Assembly: GCA_016791465.1 (NCBI GenBank) | Contig: JAEUWE010000216.1 | Span: forward strand, 1-17,589 | Length of the DNA stretch: 17,589 bases | DNA from: Pseudobdellovibrionaceae bacterium | GTDB taxonomy: Bacteria > Bdellovibrionota > Bdellovibrionia > Bdellovibrionales > JAMPXM01 | Direction of reading: 5' to 3' | Shown: in pieces, positions 13,619 through 17,589 of the stretch | Layout of the letters: each line of letters starts with the position of its first letter | Numbering within the stretch: position 1 is the stretch's first letter | Made by a program: the position numbers and the translations under genes | Notes under the pieces: model-generated | The model's database searches: none | What the model was told of the DNA's origin: nothing | The model's input: only the letters and a program-made list of their open reading frames with translations

Positions 13619-14905
13619 ATGTTGAGAATCCAACAATGGACGGCCGTTCTCGCGGTGGGAATCGTCATGACTTTGATCGGCTGTAAGGCCGATCAAAACA
13701 CGTTCACCGAACCAAACGCCTCGATTGGAACTGGCGACGGCAGCGGTAGCATTGATTCGACAGCGGGATTTAAGTTGTCCTTGAAGGCAAAGGCGGGTGT
13801 AACGACACTTCTGCATAAGTTTGGCGACTACGCCGCAGCCTGTGAGATTGCCAAGGGGACGACGACTCCGACTTCAATCAACTGCCTTTTGAACATGATG
13901 GAGTATGATCTCTATTTTTACGGCTTTGATTTACAGGTCACAGTTCCGGCGGATACCTGTAGTTTTCTTGAGGAAGACCCGTATCGCTTTTATAAGGCAG
14001 AACCTGGGGTGGGTCCGTCTGCGATTTCAGTTGTTGTGAATGGCGGCGGTACGATGACGTCTTGTGTTGTCGATACTCAGGACGTGTCGGGCACAATTAA
14101 CGGCAACGTTTGTTATGCGGGTGAGGTTACGGTGTTTGCCTCTGGGACCGCAAAATGTGCGTATGATCACACTGATGATGATGGGCCGAATTGCTGTCGG
14201 GGTACCGGGGCGATCACGCTTACAAAAACTGTAGGAGCGGATACGTCAGTAACTTCCACAGAGGTTGACTGGGGTGGGACGTATGAAGCGTGCACGGAAT
14301 CTCCACATGACTACATTGCGGAATGGCCAAAGTTGCAAGAGAAAGCCGCGACCGTGATCAACGGTCTGAATGGCGCGGCGCTCAGTAAAGTGACTAAGTT
14401 TCCGAGCGTCATCAAGCTTTTGTCAGACGGTCTTCGCAATGGCCACCGCTCCGTTTTCTTGCACGCCAATATGTATGATTGGGCGGGATATCAGGCGAAT
14501 CCATCGACATGGGGAACCAATGCTGCAACAGTCCCAGCGGCTTTTTATACTGACATTGATCGCGGCCCGCTCGGAGACCGATTGACGGCAAACGGCGCGA
14601 CGGCTTTGAACTCATATCGTCATGGTACCTATCGTTTCCGCTGTTTGGGACCAGCTGGCGAGCTAAAGCAGAGTATTACTTTGATGGTCCAGTCCTGGAA
14701 CACGTCAGAGGAATTCGATGCCTATCTGGACACTGGGGACTATGCAGCGGCCGATCCGTACGTGCAGGGCACCGCGGGAGTTGATTGCTCGTCCGTTAGC
14801 ACGGGATACTCCTGCAACTCATTGTGGAGCTTTGATGATCTCACCATCGTTGAGGGTGCTGGATACTTCTACCCTAATGAGCACAACCGCAGCTCGCCAC
14901 CTTGA
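13619..14905 (+). CDS. Cys-rich lipoprotein of unknown function
   Basis: I chose the start at ATG 13619 (GGAG 9 nt upstream); the track start at 13592 is TTG. MLRIQQWTAVLAVGIVMTLIG|C carries the lipobox LIGC. The mature protein has 12 further Cys, including a CC pair. No family recognised. Confidence 0.65.
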   Translation: MLRIQQWTAVLAVGIVMTLIGCKADQNTFTEPNASIGTGDGSGSIDSTAGFKLSLKAKAGVTTLLHKFGDYAAACEIAKGTTTPTSINCLLNMMEYDLYFYGFDLQVTVPADTCSFLEEDPYRFYKAEPGVGPSAISVVVNGGGTMTSCVVDTQDVSGTINGNVCYAGEVTVFASGTAKCAYDHTDDDGPNCCRGTGAITLTKTVGADTSVTSTEVDWGGTYEACTESPHDYIAEWPKLQEKAATVINGLNGAALSKVTKFPSVIKLLSDGLRNGHRSVFLHANMYDWAGYQANPSTWGTNAATVPAAFYTDIDRGPLGDRLTANGATALNSYRHGTYRFRCLGPAGELKQSITLMVQSWNTSEEFDAYLDTGDYAAADPYVQGTAGVDCSSVSTGYSCNSLWSFDDLTIVEGAGYFYPNEHNRSSPP

Positions 14906-14944
14906 ACTTTCTTGAAAGGAAGTTGGCGATTTTTCACATCGAAT

Positions 14945-14975
14945 AAGGCTCACCGATCTGGTGGGCTTTATTTTT
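14945..14975 (+). terminator. Rho-independent terminator downstream of the lipoprotein gene
   Basis: AAGGCTCACC (14945-14954), loop GATCT, GGTGGGCTTT (14960-14969). This is a 10-bp stem with two G-U pairs, running into TTTATTTTT. Confidence 0.7.
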
Positions 14976-15027
14976 GAATTGAGAGCTGGTCGAAGCCGCT
15001 GTGGTCGGTCCTGAATTTGCTCTCAGT

Positions 15028-15045
15028 GGAGGACGGAGGTCCTCC
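15028..15045 (+). promoter_or_regulatory. Perfect 7-bp hairpin built from SD and anti-SD-like sequences, directly abutting a start codon
   Basis: GGAGGAC (15028-15034), loop GGAG (15035-15038), GTCCTCC (15039-15045), then ATG at 15046. T15027/A15046 can extend the stem. Confidence 0.35.
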
Positions 15046-15354
15046 ATGTCTGGGTTCGAGTCGTGCTGTATGGCGTCCCGTCGGGAACTGCGCCGTCGGC
15101 TTTTCATCGTAGTTCTTCTGGCATTGGCGGCTCTTGCGGCGACCCAGTATTGGGGCCAGCATCGGGCTCATGTGGATCCCGGTCCGTCTGACGAGCGATC
15201 AGAGACAAAGATGCCCATAGAAAAGGCGCCTTTGCATACGAGTGATGATCTGGTCGACCTTGGCATTGGTCCCGAGGGCGATGGGCCAAGGCCTGAAGAC
15301 ATGGTCGCCGAAGCCCAAAAAGCTTTAGCTCAAGGCCTTGAAGCGCGGCCCTAA
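15046..15354 (+). CDS. Small N-terminally anchored membrane protein (hypothetical)
   Basis: 102 aa from ATG 15046. It has a positive-inside cluster and a TM (SRRELRRRLFIVVLLALAALAATQYW), then an acidic Pro/Gly/Asp-rich tail. It sits 39 nt upstream of valS on the same strand. There is no homology support. Confidence 0.4.
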   Translation: MSGFESCCMASRRELRRRLFIVVLLALAALAATQYWGQHRAHVDPGPSDERSETKMPIEKAPLHTSDDLVDLGIGPEGDGPRPEDMVAEAQKALAQGLEARP

Positions 15355-15393
15355 CGTTTGAGCCTGCCGGCGCAAGCGAGTAGACTTACAGGA

Positions 15394-17589
15394 ATGAGCA
15401 ACCAACTCCCTGATCGCTACAATGCCGCTGACGTTGAATCTCGAATCTACAAATGGTGGGAAGAGGCCGGCCACTTTAAAGCCGCTGACCAGAGCAAGAA
15501 GCCGCCGTTTGCCATCATCCTCCCTCCGCCCAACGTCACCGGTCAGCTGCACATGGGCCACGCTCTTGATCACACGATTCAAGATCTGATCGTTCGTTGG
15601 AAGCGCATGTCGGGCTTCAACACGCTCTGGCTTCCGGGCACGGATCACGCGGGTATTGCGACGCAGTCCGTAGTTGAGCGCGAACTTCGAAAAGAAAATA
15701 AATCGCGGCGTGAAATGGGTCGTGAGCCTTTTGTTGAAAAGGTTTGGGAGTGGAAGCACCAGTACGGCAATCGCATTTACGAACAGATGCGCCGGCTTGG
15801 AGATTCTTGCGATTGGGAGCGCGCGACGTTCACACTTGATGACGGTGTTTCGACGGCTGTTCGAAAAGTGTTCGTCGATCTCTATAAGCGAAACATGATC
15901 TATCGCGGGACACGCCTTGTGAATTGGTCGGGGCCGCTTGAGACTGCGATCTCGGATCTTGAAGTTGAGCACAAGGAAACAAAAGGTACATTGTACCATA
16001 TCGCATACTCGGTTGATGGCGATCCGTCGACGAAGCTTGTGGTGGCGACAACGCGACCTGAGACGATGCTTGGCGATACGGCAGTCGCAGTTCATCCCGA
16101 AGACGAGCGCTACAAAAAGTTGATCGGTCGTCGCGTGAAGCTCCCGCTCACCGATCGCACGATTCCAATCGTGGCCGATGCCTATGTCGACAAAGAATTT
16201 GGAACGGGTGTGGTGAAGATCACGCCTGCGCATGACTTTAACGACTACCAAGTCGGTGTTCGTCACAAGCTTGAGATGATCAACATCTTGAATAAAAACG
16301 GCACGCTCAACGAGAACGCCGGCCGCTTTAGCGGCCTGAAGGTTCAAGAGGCGCGGAAACAGGTTTTGGCGGCTTTGAAAGAGGCCGAACTGGTTCTGAA
16401 AGAAGAGCCGCATGTTCACTCGGTGGGCTATTGCTCGCGTTCGGGTGCTGTTGTTGAACCGTTTTTGAGCGAGCAGTGGTTTGCGCGCATGTCGCAGATG
16501 GCGACGGCCGCTCGTCACGTGGTTGAGAACGGTTCGATTCGCTTTGAGCCCGAGTCGTGGACGAAGGTTTATCTCCACTGGATTTCGATCATTGAAGACT
16601 GGTGTATCTCGCGCCAGCTGTGGTGGGGGCATCGGATTCCCGCATGGACATGTGCTGACTGCCATCACGTGACAGTTGCAGAAGCGGATCCAGCGGCGTG
16701 TGAGAAGTGTCAGTCAAAGAACATCAAGCAAGATGAGGACGTGCTCGACACGTGGTTCTCGTCAGCGCTGTGGCCGTTCAGCACAATGGGCTGGCCAAAA
16801 GACACTGAGACGCAGAAGACGTTCTATCCGACGGATGTTTTGGTCACCGGCCACGATATCATTTTCTTCTGGGTCGCGCGCATGATCATCATGGGCCTGG
16901 AGTTTAAAAAAGATGTTCCGTTCCGCAAAGTCTATATCCACGGATTGGTACGCGACTCCGATGGCAAGAAGATGTCCAAGTCGACCGGCAATGCGCTTGA
17001 TCCCGTCGAGCTGATCGAGAACTACGGTGCCGATGCTCTGCGCTTTACGATTCTTGCGCAGATCGCTTCGGGTCGAGATTTGAAGTTTAGCGAAAGCCGT
17101 CTTGAGGGCTATCGCAACTTTATGAATAAGATCTGGAACGCGACTCGTTTTGCGATGAATGCACTGGGCGATTTTGAAGTGCCCAAAGAGGGAACTCGCG
17201 CGGTTCCTCCGAAGTCCGAGCTATCGGTCGCTGATCAGTGGTTGGTTTGGGAAACGGCACAGGTGGAGAAAGCCGTTGAGGAGCATCTCGCACAGGATCG
17301 CTATAGCGACGCGGCGAATGCGCTCTATCAGTTTGTTTGGAACGAGTTCTGCGATTGGTATCTTGAGTTTGTGAAGCCGATTATCTACGGACAGACCGGC
17401 TCCGCGAGTGAAAAGAAAGCGACGCAGCTGGTTCTAGCGCAGACGTTGAATCGTATCATGCGTCTGCTCCACCCGTTCACGCCCTTCATCACTGAAGAGA
17501 TTTATCAAAAGCTTCCGATTCGCGGAGAGGCTTGTATTGTCGATCAGTATCCGACCGTGAAGAACGACAAAGAGTGGCTCTCGGTTGGC
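15394..17589 (+). CDS. valS: Valine--tRNA ligase, 5' partial (732 codons; continues past the window end)
   Basis: Not in the supplied track because it has no in-window stop. I translated it by hand from ATG 15394: MSNQLPDRYNAADVESRIYKWWEEAGHFKA...PPFAIILPPPNVTGQLHMGHAL (HIGH motif), WLPGTDHAGIATQ, TTRPETMLGDTAVAVHPED, ISRQLWWGHRIPAW, DVLDTWFSS, GKKMSKSTGN (KMSKS motif at 16969-16983, in frame with 15394). Confidence 0.95.
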   Translation, partial: MSNQLPDRYNAADVESRIYKWWEEAGHFKAADQSKKPPFAIILPPPNVTGQLHMGHALDHTIQDLIVRWKRMSGFNTLWLPGTDHAGIATQSVVERELRKENKSRREMGREPFVEKVWEWKHQYGNRIYEQMRRLGDSCDWERATFTLDDGVSTAVRKVFVDLYKRNMIYRGTRLVNWSGPLETAISDLEVEHKETKGTLYHIAYSVDGDPSTKLVVATTRPETMLGDTAVAVHPEDERYKKLIGRRVKLPLTDRTIPIVADAYVDKEFGTGVVKITPAHDFNDYQVGVRHKLEMINILNKNGTLNENAGRFSGLKVQEARKQVLAALKEAELVLKEEPHVHSVGYCSRSGAVVEPFLSEQWFARMSQMATAARHVVENGSIRFEPESWTKVYLHWISIIEDWCISRQLWWGHRIPAWTCADCHHVTVAEADPAACEKCQSKNIKQDEDVLDTWFSSALWPFSTMGWPKDTETQKTFYPTDVLVTGHDIIFFWVARMIIMGLEFKKDVPFRKVYIHGLVRDSDGKKMSKSTGNALDPVELIENYGADALRFTILAQIASGRDLKFSESRLEGYRNFMNKIWNATRFAMNALGDFEVPKEGTRAVPPKSELSVADQWLVWETAQVEKAVEEHLAQDRYSDAANALYQFVWNEFCDWYLEFVKPIIYGQTGSASEKKATQLVLAQTLNRIMRLLHPFTPFITEEIYQKLPIRGEACIVDQYPTVKNDKEWLSVG

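Noticed and set aside
15325-16668. 447-aa stop-free ORF on the minus strand
   Set aside because: It lies entirely antisense to the valS catalytic core. valS carries unmistakable HIGH and KMSKS motifs on the plus strand. The antisense product is Arg/Leu/His-rich low-complexity sequence with no start context or recognisable domain. It is a shadow ORF. Its length is curious but does not support coding.
1-17589. Looked for CRISPR arrays, tRNA/rRNA genes, IS/transposase or integrase genes, inverted terminal repeats and known defence-system genes
   Set aside because: I saw none by eye: no spaced direct repeats, no cloverleaf-like segments in the short intergenic regions, and no transposase or integrase-like ORFs. 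This is not an exhaustive computational scan.

Overview
Dense chromosomal window with moderate GC (not computed). I saw no rRNA, tRNA, CRISPR array or mobile element. The gene content suggests a Bdellovibrio-like or deltaproteobacterial-type predatory lineage: DivIVA in a Gram-negative context, a secreted endonuclease I, and Tad and FHA genes. This lineage call is inference only. Layout: (1) 33-6660, minus strand, holds a six-gene, translationally coupled operon. It starts with an orphan TadB/TadC-family (T2SSF) platform protein and a DUF192 protein. Three membrane proteins follow, carrying four FHA domains in total: one has a sensor-kinase-like input half but no kinase, and two have periplasmic TPR-like domains. 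The operon ends with a PP2C-like protein whose metal-binding Asp motifs look lost. No Ser/Thr kinase, TadA ATPase, secretin or pilin lies in the window. This is my main candidate for an undescribed system, possibly a phosphothreonine-reader module attached to a Tad/Kil-like envelope machine. (2) 6686-10162 is a cell-division and housekeeping block: a single-ORF Maf-YggS fusion, proC and divIVA. A small secreted ORFan on the opposite strand interrupts it. (3) 10245-13412, minus strand, encodes a putative beta-barrel OMP, DUF167/YggU, an exported dienelactone hydrolase and a secreted endonuclease I. (4) 13619-14905 is a Cys-rich lipoprotein ORFan. (5) A small membrane ORF follows, then the 5' 2.2 kb of valS. 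valS is absent from the supplied ORF track because it runs off the window end. All homology calls come from by-eye motif recognition; no searches were run.
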